Assembly: GCF_001194135.2 (NCBI RefSeq)
Contig: NC_068984.1
Span: 16,216,466 to 16,250,857 of the forward strand
Reading direction: 5' to 3'
DNA: 34,392 nucleotides
Origin: Octopus bimaculoides
Taxonomy: Eukaryota
Shown in pieces: positions 10,290 through 21,415 of the stretch; position 1 is the stretch's first letter; the number at the start of each line of letters is the position of its first letter. Both the position numbers and the translations under genes were made by a program. The notes under the pieces are model-generated. The model had not been told where the DNA came from. It made no database searches and worked only from the letters and a program-made list of their open reading frames with translations.

Positions 10290-10671
10290 AACAAGAGCAC
10301 TCAGAGAGCGCAAACCTCCGCCAAGGCAACACCAACATCCTCTCAATGATTAGCCAGAGATGAGTTTTAAAATGAGAATATCTGAAATAAACTTGACTGC
10401 TCTCACAAACGAGAATATTAGAAATGAACCCAACCGCTCTTAAAAATTATGTAAAAAAACAGGAAAAATAATCCAGAATCCTCGTCCGGTACCAGATCGA
10501 TCCCAAAACCTAATCGGTTCGTGCCAGTTACAAGGCCAAATATCCCTGAAAGTTTCACCCGAATCCATCCAGCGGTTCTTGAGATATCTTGTCCACAGAC
10601 AAACAAACAAACAAACAAAACAAACACGACTGAAAACAATACCTCCGTCTTCGCTAAGGCGGAGGCAATAA
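10290..10671 (-). mobile_element. DINE-1/Helentron-type non-autonomous element (HINE)
   Basis: Subterminal inverted repeats ACCTCCGCC (10314-10322) and GGCGGAGG (10658-10665); an extra inverted copy ACCTCCG (10641-10647); an internal (AAAC)n/(GTTT)n microsatellite; and a short 3' hairpin GCGCTC-TCT-GAGTGC (10297-10311). Confidence 0.8.
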
Positions 10672-10684
10672 TGCATTTTTATAA

Positions 10685-10742
10685 ATGTGTGTGTGTGTGT
10701 GTGTGTATGAGAGAGAGAGAGAGAGGGGAGAGAGAGAGAGTG
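10685..10742. repeat. (TG)n(GA)n microsatellite
   Basis: Seen directly. Confidence 0.95.
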
Positions 10743-11114
10743 AGGTTGCTCTCGAGTACTACTAGTAATATGCAACTCACTATAACCTGTTGCATGGCCG
10801 GGTCATCATCGATTAAACCGTCAACTGTTTGCTTGGAGAAGAGGGTAATTTTGGACATCCAGCAGGATGAAAAGGAAAATATTTCAAAGGGTAGATGAAC
10901 TCAGGGCAGTCAACGTTCATCTCCAGTGACATCTACATCTGTATGTGTGCGCGTTTAGCCTTATGTTTTCATTTTATTCTGATGGAGAAATAAGTAGCCT
11001 TCATCTCCACACCAGAATCAATATTTCATGGGTTACGGGAAATTTTGCCATGAGCATTTTCGCCGTAAGAAAACTCACCATAAGAAATTTTGTTTTTAAA
11101 TGACCTCAGCTCTC

Positions 11115-11315
11115 TCTTCACTTGTTTCAGTCATTTGACTGCGGCCATGCTGGAGCACCGCCTTTAGTCGAGCAAATCGACCCCAGGACTTATTCTTTGT
11201 AAGCCTAGTACTTATTCTATCGGTCTCTTTTGCCGAACCGCTAAGTTACAGGGACGTAAACACAACAGCATCGGTTGTCAAGCGATGTTGGGGGGGGGGG
11301 ACAAACACAGACACA

Positions 11316-11359
<44 letters not shown>

Positions 11360-11495
11360 CATATTTCTGTCTACCAAATCCACTCACAAGGCTTTGGTCA
11401 GCCCGAGGCTATAGTAGAAGACACTTGCACAAAGTGCCACGCAGTGGGACTGAACTCGGAACCATGTGGTTAGTAAGCAAGCCACTCCTATGCCT
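11115..11495 (-). mobile_element. SINE-A, near full-length copy
   Basis: Reverse complement of 7164-7617, with small deletions in the head and next to the microsatellite. Confidence 0.92.
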
Positions 11496-12971
11496 GCTTT
11501 TTTTAATGTTTAATTTTGAATAAAGACTTATTTAACGCTTTTATAACACTTGTTATCATTCTTTCTTCTTTTATATTTAAAAAAATGCTGATACAATGCA
11601 CTTTATCAACGTCCATATGGTAAATTTGTCTTCTGTGAATTTTCCTTTACGGCGAATTTCCTGGAAACAGTTTTATAATTTGGACATGCACCAAGTTGAG
11701 TGTTACTGCGAGGTCTGGAGATCTCATCAACCAATTTGGCAGTCTCTTGTATTCTCATATAAGCTCAATTGTTTTAATTTTATCTTGCCACTGGGGAAGT
11801 TGTGTAAGACCAAGCGAGTGAGTCTGGTTTGTGCACAGTTCTTTCTCAGTTAAAACAAAAACAAAAACAAAGCAAAACCTTGTACAAATCTAGCATCCGA
11901 GTCTAGCGAGCAAAAGTTTGTGGCGCAAATCTCCGTCTAAGAGTCAAATAGTCTTTTTGAGGTAATTGGAGAACTCCGCACATCTGCATCAATGAAATAC
12001 CGCCATTTCTGTAGTTTCCAGCACACACGGGTCGTAACATAGATTGGAGCAGGAATATTTTTCTATCTTCTCCTCGTGACATTGACATTTGTTGAAGTGC
12101 TGCGTAGTCAGTCATGGTCTTCATTGAGTAATGATGGCAGAAATTTTTACGAGCCATCGATGATGAACCTTTTATGACGGCAGTCGAGATGCCTCACATT
12201 TGTGACAATGAAATACCATCTCTTCTGTAGCTTCCGCTTATGGTGCAGATGTATTATAGGCGGGAGCAGTTGTGATTCTCTGTTCCCCTGCGCAGATGTG
12301 TCCTCTATTGAGGTGCCGCATGATTAAAGTCATTGTCTTTGTTGATCACCATTGAATGAACATGGTATCTATAGGCATTTTCTGTTCATAGGCTCAGGAA
12401 CAGAGGATGAAGGGGGTGCAGTTTTTCCCGCTAAAATTTGTACCCACAAAGCAAATTTACACCCATTAAAATTTACACCCATTAAGCAAATTTCGTTCCC
12501 ACACTTACCTTTCTGTTTTGTTTATTTCTCTCTCCGTTTATTTAGTTAGTTATGTATTGACAGTTACTCATATTTGACAGACAATCAATCATATGTACAT
12601 GCACGATTACCCCTACGCATTCATATATACACAGATACACATGCCATACACACAGCCATTAATCGTTTCCGTATAGATTGGTGAATGTCTTGCACCTTTC
12701 GGATCTTCGGAGGAAATTGATTTATCAAGTTAAGACATCGAAATATAATTAGAAACTGCTTCACACATTCTTCTGTTCACTTGTCAAATAAAAATGCGAT
12801 AAATTCGTTTATTCACACTCGTAGCACCATATCTTTATGTCTTCTCTATAATATGTGTAAAAGAGAAGAACGCCAGTAAGGTGGCCATTATTAATAAACT
12901 GTTGGTTTGATGAATAACTGAATTTATGCCATTATTTCATTTATTTGATCAATCAATTATTGATAATAGAG

Positions 12972-13706
12972 GGTCATACGATCCTCTTGAAAAAACTATC
13001 CAGCATTGGTGTCTCTGGAAAGTTACTACAATGGATCAAGTGTTTCCTGACATGCAGAACCCAACACGCTGTAGTCGAAGGAGTAAAATCAAGCCCAACC
13101 AAAGTTAGTAGTGGTGTTCCACAAGGTACTGTGTTGGGCCCACTTTTTTTCATCATCTATATCAATAACATTACTGACATCATCAAGCATAGTAACATAA
13201 GAATCTTTGCAGATGACTCCAAGATCCAGAAGGTCATCAAGGAAGTAGGTGACCGGGCTTGCCATCAGTCAAATCTACTGGCTATCATCCAATGGGTGGA
13301 AAAGAATAATATGCTGCTGAACGTTGACAAATTTGAGTTATTCCACTTCGAAAAGAGGATACCCTGAAACTCCCATACTCCCTTCCTTCAGGTGAAACTC
13401 TCATGGCATCCAATAACATCAGAGACTTGGGAGTAATTGTGAACAACAACATAAGCTCGGCCGCTCATATAAACAGAAAAGTTGACATGGCCTGCAGAAT
13501 GTGCTCCTGGATTCTTAGAACTTTTCAGAGATATCCACGCCATTATCCTTCTCTTCTCTACTTTTGCCCGACCCCACCTTAAATACTGTTGTCCACTGTG
13601 GTCTTCCCACACGAAATAAAGTGTCATGAAAATTGAAGCACCTCAAAGGTCAATTACAAAAAAGGAAGATATGTCAGGCCTTGACTACTGGGATCGACTA
13701 GAAAAA
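12972..13706 (+). mobile_element. CR1/L2-group LINE, reverse transcriptase fragment (defective)
   Basis: HTILLKKL..LLQWIKCFLTCRTQ..SGVPQGTVLGPLFFIIYIN..IFADDSK..RDLGVIVN..ARPHLKYCCPLWS..GLDYWDRLEK, with frameshifts. Confidence 0.9.
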
Positions 13707-13711
13707 ATTTC

Positions 13712-14034
13712 TTCTTCTCTCTATGTTAATTTTCAGGTTTTCTATAATATTATAGGGATTGATGTATGCAATATTGGTGTTAGGTTTATGGTAAGGTTGA
13801 TGGGTAGAAGTATTAAGATTGAAGTTGACGTAGAGGAAGTTAACAGTTGTTATCGTTTTCAATGGTAATAGATAGTTCTTGGTTTTTTAAAAAAGTATGC
13901 AGTCTTTTTTTGTAGGGAATTCTTCTTTAAATTTGTGTAGTAGGTATATCCCGACTAAGTCTGTTACTTCTGCGGAGTCTTGTGCGCCCATGGGTAGATC
14001 GAAACAGTCTGTGTGTCTTTTCTGGTCCAATATA
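13712..14034 (-). mobile_element. Penelope-like retroelement RT fragment
   Basis: CFDLPMGAQDSAEVTDLVGIYLLHKF..TVNFLYVNFNLNTSTHQPYHKPN, resembling the PLE FDV.MGS.DGAEVCELVG..LDVTFNL..Y.PYRKPN region. The YxDD segment is deleted. It continues into a gap. Confidence 0.75.
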
Positions 14035-14037
14035 TAT

Positions 14038-14889
14038 NNNNNNNNNNNNNNNNNNNNNNNNNNNNNNNNNNNNNNNNNNNNNNNNNNNNNNNNNNNNNNN
14101 NNNNNNNNNNNNNNNNNNNNNNNNNNNNNNNNNNNNNNNNNNNNNNNNNNNNNNNNNNNNNNNNNNNNNNNNNNNNNNNNNNNNNNNNNNNNNNNNNNNN
14201 NNNNNNNNNNNNNNNNNNNNNNNNNNNNNNNNNNNNNNNNNNNNNNNNNNNNNNNNNNNNNNNNNNNNNNNNNNNNNNNNNNNNNNNNNNNNNNNNNNNN
14301 NNNNNNNNNNNNNNNNNNNNNNNNNNNNNNNNNNNNNNNNNNNNNNNNNNNNNNNNNNNNNNNNNNNNNNNNNNNNNNNNNNNNNNNNNNNNNNNNNNNN
14401 NNNNNNNNNNNNNNNNNNNNNNNNNNNNNNNNNNNNNNNNNNNNNNNNNNNNNNNNNNNNNNNNNNNNNNNNNNNNNNNNNNNNNNNNNNNNNNNNNNNN
14501 NNNNNNNNNNNNNNNNNNNNNNNNNNNNNNNNNNNNNNNNNNNNNNNNNNNNNNNNNNNNNNNNNNNNNNNNNNNNNNNNNNNNNNNNNNNNNNNNNNNN
14601 NNNNNNNNNNNNNNNNNNNNNNNNNNNNNNNNNNNNNNNNNNNNNNNNNNNNNNNNNNNNNNNNNNNNNNNNNNNNNNNNNNNNNNNNNNNNNNNNNNNN
14701 NNNNNNNNNNNNNNNNNNNNNNNNNNNNNNNNNNNNNNNNNNNNNNNNNNNNNNNNNNNNNNNNNNNNNNNNNNNNNNNNNNNNNNNNNNNNNNNNNNNN
14801 NNNNNNNNNNNNNNNNNNNNNNNNNNNNNNNNNNNNNNNNNNNNNNNNNNNNNNNNNNNNNNNNNNNNNNNNNNNNNNNNNNNNNNNNN
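14038..14889. other. assembly gap
   Basis: N-run. Confidence 1.
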
Positions 14890-15046
14890 TTATTGTGGAA
14901 TGTGTATATGAGTGTGTGTTTGAGTGTTTTTTGTGTCGGTGGGGATGTTAGGTGTGTGTACGTGAGACTGTGCGTATATCTCTTTGTCTGAGTGTGTATG
15001 TGTTGTTTTGATCGTCCTTGTGGTGTGTGTGTGTGTGAGAGCAACC

Positions 15047-15077
<31 letters not shown>

Positions 15078-15098
15078 TATTCATTTATTCATATATTC

Positions 15099-15351
15099 AT
15101 TTACTTGTTTCAGTCACTTGACTGCGCCAAGCTAGAACACTACCTTTAGTCGAAACAATCGACCCCAGAACTCATCCTTTTATAAGCCTAGTACTTATTC
15201 TATCCGTGTCTACCAAATCCACTCAGAAGGTTTTGGTCGGCCCGAGGATATAGTAGAGGACACTTGCCCAAGGTAAGGTGCTACGCAGTGGGACTGAACC
15301 CGGAACCAAGTGGCTGGAAAGGAAGCTTCTTACCACACAGCTTCACATGCA

Positions 15352-15353
<2 letters not shown>
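15099..15353 (-). mobile_element. SINE-A, internally deleted copy lacking the microsatellite
   Basis: The tail (..AGTACTTATTCTATC) is joined directly to the head body (CGTGTCTACCAAATCCACTC..) at about 15204. Confidence 0.85.
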
Positions 15354-15400
<47 letters not shown>

Positions 15401-15415
15401 CACACGCACTCACAC
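15352..15415. repeat. (TA)n microsatellite
   Basis: Seen directly. Confidence 0.95.
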
Positions 15416-15692
15416 ATGTACATTATACCCTATTACTGGTCTTAGTGTTTCACTGTGGTTGTGTTGGTGCAAATCATAGATTTTGCCGAATTTTTGTTGG
15501 GAATTCTACATAACTCTGACCTCGCTGACCTACCAATAAAGAGAAGATATCCAATATCAGCTAAGTCTGATGATATCTGTTGCCTGCATGTAATTTAATT
15601 GGTGAGTTTCTCAAAGCAATGCAACATGTCTGACCATGTGCATGTAAATCAATAAACGAGATTGAAAATTAGTGAGAAATCTGAGGTCGAAA

Positions 15693-15742
<50 letters not shown>

Positions 15743-15771
15743 GTAGTAGTAGTAGTAGTAGTAGCAGTAGT
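15693..15771. repeat. (CTA)n(TAG)n self-complementary microsatellite
   Basis: Seen directly. Confidence 0.95.
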
Positions 15772-15819
15772 TAATTTCAAACAGCTATGATCGAAGTTGC
15801 TCCAACCGTGACTGTCATG

Positions 15820-15965
15820 TCTATGTATGTATGTATGTATGTATGTATGTATGTATTATGTAAGTATATATTTATACTTGTGTGTATGTATGTATGCATG
15901 TATGTATGTAAGTATATATGTATACTTGTATGTATGTATGCATGTATGTATCTATCCATCTGTCC

Positions 15966-16005
<40 letters not shown>

Positions 16006-16027
16006 GTCTGTCTGTCTGTCTGTCTGC

Positions 16028-16058
<31 letters not shown>

Positions 16059-16060
16059 TC
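15820..16060. repeat. compound (ATGT)n/(CTAT)n/(CTGT)n microsatellite
   Basis: Seen directly. Confidence 0.95.
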
Positions 16061-16400
16061 TTCGACAACATTAGTCCAATGTGTCCTTCGTTTTATATGG
16101 TTTGAGGGAGATTTGTTTGTTATTTCTAAGAGTTCGAGCAACAGCGTAGTGACCCTCTCACTATTTCATCCAAGTATAAGGGTTGTTTATCGATTTTTGA
16201 AAGATTCTATATCATGTTTCAATTACCGTTTGGTTCTTCCAATATTTTCGTTGTTTTTCTATTCTTCCTATTGGTGTTGATTTACTATGAAACTTTTACA
16301 TCAATCTCCACCGCCACACACACACACACGCGCATACAAATCAATCACACAATCACTCACACGCAACACACCTTTACTTTTCCATTCTTATCTCATACAT

Positions 16401-16721
16401 GAAGGCGAGTAGATTAGTGGTTAAGATATTCGGCTCAAGATCGTAATGTCGTAAGTTGGATTCTCGGCGCGGTACGTTGTGTCTTTGAGCAAGACACTTT
16501 ATTTCAAGTTGCTCCAGTTTACTCACCTGGCAAAAATGAGTCGTACCTGTAATTCAAAGGGGTCAGCTTTGTTACATTCTGTTTCATGTTGAATCGCCTC
16601 GAGAACTACTTTAAGGGCACGCGTGTCTGTAGAGTGCTCAATCACTTGAACGCTAATTTCATGAACCCGTTCCGTTGATTGGATCAACTGGAACCCTCGT
16701 CATCGAAACGGACGGAGTGCC
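16401..16721 (+). mobile_element. SINE-C variant with the long (RTE-like) tail
   Basis: tRNA-like head, then GTCTTTGAGCAAGACACTTTATTTC..GGCAAAAATGAGT, and a 3' half shared with the minus-strand copy at 18764-18960. Confidence 0.8.
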
Positions 16722-16729
16722 CGTTACGT

Positions 16730-16846
16730 ATCTGATATTTAGGCTTAATATACAGAAATGCGCTTAACTTGACCTGTTTCAACCAGAAATAATCATTTGA
16801 TATGGACCTCTCCATCCAGCCATTTTCTTCACTATTCCCGGAAGGT
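16730..16846. repeat. unclassified dispersed repeat, copy 1
   Basis: About 90% identical to 23271-23383, with the same left boundary. Confidence 0.85.
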
Positions 16847-16887
16847 CATGTGAATAGTGTCCTCAGGTACTTCCACCATAGGATTCT

Positions 16888-17212
16888 GTTGCATGGTCAA
16901 TTTCATAGAGATGTTGAAGATAAGACAGACAGATAAAAGATGGCTGTTGATGACTAAAAGTGATTTAAAACCGGAAACGGAGGCTTTAATCTGTGCTGCC
17001 CAGGAGCAAGCACTAAGAACATACTACATAAAATACAGAATAGACAACACAGCAAAAAGTGATAAGTGCAGAATCTGTGGACAAAATGGTGAAACCGTAT
17101 GGCATATTACCAGCCAATGTACGCCACTAGTCCAGAAGGAATATAAGAGACGCCATGACAATACAGCCAGGCTTGTCCATTGGACACTTTGCAACAAGTA
17201 TAGACTTGTAGC
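16888..17212 (+). mobile_element. R4/Dong-like (RLE) non-LTR retrotransposon fragment
   Basis: LHGQFHR..KSDLKPETEALICAAQEQALRT..CRICGQNGETVWHITSQC (CCHC knuckle)..KEYKRRHDNTARLVHWTLC. Confidence 0.85.
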
Positions 17213-17771
17213 GTACTTCTCTCTCTTCACATGCATGACGGCCTGTTTATTATCGTGTTTATTATGTCGCACTCACACACACAGACATACAAGTTGACAT
17301 TCAATAAAACCTTTCTTTTATACCTTTTACCAGTTTCCCTCTTGGCACTTATACTCATTTAACCTCTTTTCATTTGTTTTATATTTGTGTCGACCGTGCG
17401 ATGCGCTAAAGGAGCCAAGTTGACATTCAATAACACCTTTCTCTTTATTTTCATTTAAAAAAAAAAAGTTTGTAACGACCGTGCGACCAGGAGATAGTGA
17501 CGAGGAATGGCTCGTCCAGGCGACGTCCATGACTCTTTACAAGACTCTTTACACCTGGTAGTGGTGGCGGCGGTAGTTGTGTGGCGGTAGTTGTGTGGTG
17601 GGTATTCTGAAACAGGACACCTGGCTCGAATGTTTGGAACAGACGAGACTCCGCTACAACCACCCAAAGTGACAGTGTTAAATCAGGCACGCAAACAGCT
17701 GGCAAATAGCTGAAAGAAATACCACCAGGCATTTGGTGATTCCATATTCTCACAGTTCTGCCAATACACTG

Positions 17772-17870
17772 CCCTGCATTGGTTTTTATTTTTTCAAATC
17801 GGCCCAGAAATATTGGAAGATAAAGTTGACCTCAGCAGGATCTGAACTCGTAGAGAGACAGACAAATAGG
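17772..17870 (-). mobile_element. SINE-B, degenerate copy
   Basis: Minus strand reads GAGTTCAGATCCTGCTGAGGTCAACTTTATCTTCCA. Confidence 0.5.
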
Positions 17871-18763
17871 GTTAGAACAAATACATTTCTAGATAATTCT
17901 AAGCGAGGGCCTGCAGTATAAGTGAGTACACATACACGTACGCACATACACAAATACGCATGTACATGCACACACACTGGTTTTTCCAAAAGCTGTACTT
18001 TTATGTTTTGCTTTGCCATAACACAACGTGGTTGTTAATCCGTTAACGGATAATCAGACTTTGTAGCTTAAAATGTTAGTGATGCACGCATTTGAAAATC
18101 TTCAAAGGAATGACAAATGATGCATTGATTGCTGATATTTTTGGAATTGGCCTGGAAACATAATTTAGCAAAATTATATTGACTGTATCTCTCACTCTCT
18201 CATTTTTCTATCTGTCTTTCTGTCTGTCTGTCTCTCCTCTCTCTCTACCTACCTACCTACTGACCTACCGACCTACCTATCTATCAGGTTTTAAGACGCT
18301 TAAAGTGCAACCAGAAATATATACTTAATAAATTATTTATTTATCAAACGTTTAATTGGTAGACTTATTGTCAGTATACTTAATTCGTCTTCAGCTGATT
18401 CAGGACAACGCAAAAAGAAAAAGTATATCTCTGGCAGGCGAAAAAAAGGTGGAGGTTACAGCACAATCTGCCGTGTCTTTAGAACTGAAGGTGCAGCCAA
18501 AACACAGGCTGAAATGGTCAAACATACCTTGACTATACACTTGTGCCCCAATACATAGGTTACAGAAATGTAAGAGTCACAATAAGAGACGTCGGACACT
18601 AGTTGTGACAGAGAAGAAAACTGGACTAAGCAATGTTAACGGAAAGTGATATGTGGTCAGGGGACGTCCAAATGGATCTGTCCTCATGTCCTCGCGGCAC
18701 CCGAAGGCTATAAAGCCATTACGAAACTGTGACCAGTAGAAGACTCTGAGGTAAAGTGCTTGA

Positions 18764-19157
18764 TGTTAATGTTGTTGTTGGCACTCTGTCACTTACGACA
18801 TCGAGGGTTACAGTTGATCCGATCAACGGAACAGCCTGCTCGTGAAATTAACGTGCAAGTGGCTGAGCACTCCACAGACACGTGTACCATTAACGTAGCT
18901 CTCGGGGATATTCAGCGTGACACAGTGTGACAAGGCTGGCCTTTTGAAATACAGGTACAACAGAAACAGGAAGAAAGAGTGAGAGAAAGTTGTGGTGGAA
19001 GAGTACAGCAGGGTTCGCCACCATCCCCTGCCGGAGCCTCGTGGAGCTTTAAGTGTTTTCGCTCAATAAACACTCACAACGCCCGGTCTGGGAATCGAAA
19101 CCGCGATCCTATGACCGCGACTCCGATGCCCTAACCACTGGGCCATTGCGCCTCCAC
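18764..19157 (-). mobile_element. SINE-C-related element, full length, with (CAA)n tail
   Basis: A box TGGCCCAGTGG and B box GGTTTCGATTCC. The 3' half is homologous to 16543-16721 and ends GAGTGCC(AAC)n. Confidence 0.85.
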
Positions 19158-19388
19158 GCTTGATATTAATAATACAGGGTTAAAAGCCATATTGCTGTAT
19201 TTTTCGGAGTGAAACAAACTTTAGAGCCGTGTCGCCAGAAGCTCTGGGAAGATTAAGCACAATAAAAGTAATGATAAAATTATGTTTCATCAAAAAAAGA
19301 ACAAAAAATCCCAGTTTCCAGAGCACCATCAGCCCAAACTCTGGAGATGTCAAATGAAATATTTCTTGACACAGTATCACAAATAGAG

Positions 19389-19610
19389 GTGAAGGCATGT
19401 GGCTTAGTGGCTAGGGTCATACACTCCTGATCGTATGATTGTGGTTTCGATTCCTGGACCGGGGAATTTCACGTTTCTCCTGTCCACTAAACTGGCAAAA
19501 ATGAGTAATCCTGCGACAGACCGGCGTCCCATCCAACGAGGGATATATACGCCACAGAATCTGGGAAACCGGCCACAAGAGCCTATGGTGCAGGAAGGAC
19601 CTTTGATCCG
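19389..19610 (+). mobile_element. SINE-C variant with the short tail
   Basis: A box TGGCTTAGTGG, B box GGTTTCGATTCC, then GGCAAAAATGAGTAATCCTGCGACAGACCGGCGTCCCATCC..GAGCCTATGG..GAAGGACC. Homologous to 32471-32706. Confidence 0.8.
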
Positions 19611-20635
19611 TTTTGATCACATATAGATGAGTAATTACTTTGTTTCCTTATAGGGACAATTTGTACTACAACAATTTCATTGTCTATGAGGAAGAAATAA
19701 TAATTAAAGATGAAAATATGAAGGAAAAATAGAAAAAAATCACAGAAAAAGAAGATTCAACACGCAACTATAGAAATAGTGAAAAGGAAATTTCTTCTTA
19801 ACTACACTGAACCCCACCTCCGCAGAAAAAGAATGTAGAAAAGGAAAGAGAATGAAGATGAACTAAGATTCATTACCGTGCTTCGAAAATCAAATAAACG
19901 GTTAAGACGCAAAATTATGCATCTGTGGTGAAAATGAGAGAATGACATCCAAAACAGTAAGCTACACGCAAAAGATATATTACTCGTAAGATTAAAATGA
20001 ATGCATTACACCGAACTTAAGCGTGAACACTCATACGCTGCTGGTGTTTTTCAATACCGTATGCCTCAAAATTGCTCAGTGGTACATTTGGTAGCACCCG
20101 AATAGCAATTTGAGAAATCGTTAAGTGAACAAAGCTGAGGTGTGTCCTAATTCAACCTAATAAGTAAACTTCGTTGTTTAATTTTGTTAAATTATATTTT
20201 GTTTACTTCTTGTATATTTTATTTGCACATTTAAAAATTTTATTTACGTATAATTTTGCGTGTGTATGCTTACACATGTGTCTATGTATGTAATTTTTTG
20301 TATATATGTGTGTAGATATATGTCTGGGTGTATGTGTGTTAGAAACAGTAATTTGAATAAATCGAAAGGTTGCTCGTCAGCGTTATATATTTTCTGCCAG
20401 TGATGCACGTTATATTTTTTATATTTTACTCAGGGATGGGACAGTCTTCAGAGCCCAGATGGGAATTAAACTATACCAACTCAAAAACAAACATAAAAAT
20501 CTGACCGTTGAATTTGCAAATTTTTAATTTCAATTTCTCTTCCAGTGTCTCAAATAAAGACTAAATTTAACAGAATTGGAAATAAGCTTAAATCGGACTT
20601 GAAGAAACTACATTTAGAAGTTTAAAACGCGCTAT

Positions 20636-20639
20636 ACAT

Positions 20640-20670
<31 letters not shown>

Positions 20671-20724
20671 TATACCTATATATACATATATATATTGAGA
20701 GAGAATAGATAGATGTGTGTGTAT

Positions 20725-20791
<67 letters not shown>
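20636..20791. repeat. (CATA)n/(CA)n microsatellites
   Basis: Seen directly; ends at a gap. Confidence 0.95.
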
Positions 20792-21105
20792 NNNNNNNNN
20801 NNNNNNNNNNNNNNNNNNNNNNNNNNNNNNNNNNNNNNNNNNNNNNNNNNNNNNNNNNNNNNNNNNNNNNNNNNNNNNNNNNNNNNNNNNNNNNNNNNNN
20901 NNNNNNNNNNNNNNNNNNNNNNNNNNNNNNNNNNNNNNNNNNNNNNNNNNNNNNNNNNNNNNNNNNNNNNNNNNNNNNNNNNNNNNNNNNNNNNNNNNNN
21001 NNNNNNNNNNNNNNNNNNNNNNNNNNNNNNNNNNNNNNNNNNNNNNNNNNNNNNNNNNNNNNNNNNNNNNNNNNNNNNNNNNNNNNNNNNNNNNNNNNNN
21101 NNNNN
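20792..21105. other. assembly gap
   Basis: N-run between (CA)n and (TG)n. Confidence 1.
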
Positions 21106-21146
<41 letters not shown>

Positions 21147-21348
21147 CTGTGTTTGTCCCCCCACCATCACTTGACAACCGATGCTGGTGTGTTTACGTCC
21201 CCGTAACTTAGCGGTTCGGCAATAAGAGATCGATAGAATAAGTACTAGGCTTACAAAGAATGAGTCCTGGGGTCGATTTGCTCGACTAAAGGCGGTGCTC
21301 CAGCATGGCCGCAATCAAATGACTGAAACAAGTAAAAGAGTATAAGAG
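21106..21348 (+). mobile_element. SINE-A, 3' half (5' part in the gap or absent)
   Basis: Matches 7380-7617. Confidence 0.92.
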
Positions 21349-21356
21349 TATATGTA

Positions 21357-21359
21357 TTC

Positions 21360-21413
<54 letters not shown>
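21357..21413. repeat. (TATC)n microsatellite
   Basis: Seen directly. Confidence 0.95.

Positions 21414-21415
<2 letters not shown>

Noticed and set aside
9089-10294. 11-bp direct repeat AATAGTAACAA flanking the Helitron as a TSD
   Set aside because: The last bases of the right copy belong to the end of the adjacent HINE. The remainder is low-complexity AAT/AGT/AAC sequence, and Helitrons normally make no TSD.
18440-18720. Possible L1/Tx1 ORF1 remnant (VFRTEGAAKTQAEMV / LVPQYIGYRNVRVTIRDV)
   Set aside because: The resemblance is from memory only and is broken by frameshifts; too weak to annotate without a search.
16401-19460. tRNA genes at the SINE heads (also 7164, 5392, 27366, 32471)
   Set aside because: A and B boxes are present, but there is no intact cloverleaf and each head continues into SINE body and tail.
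20415-20530. Candidate exon after a polypyrimidine tract and CAG at about 20430
   Set aside because: No convincing donor site and no recognisable peptide.
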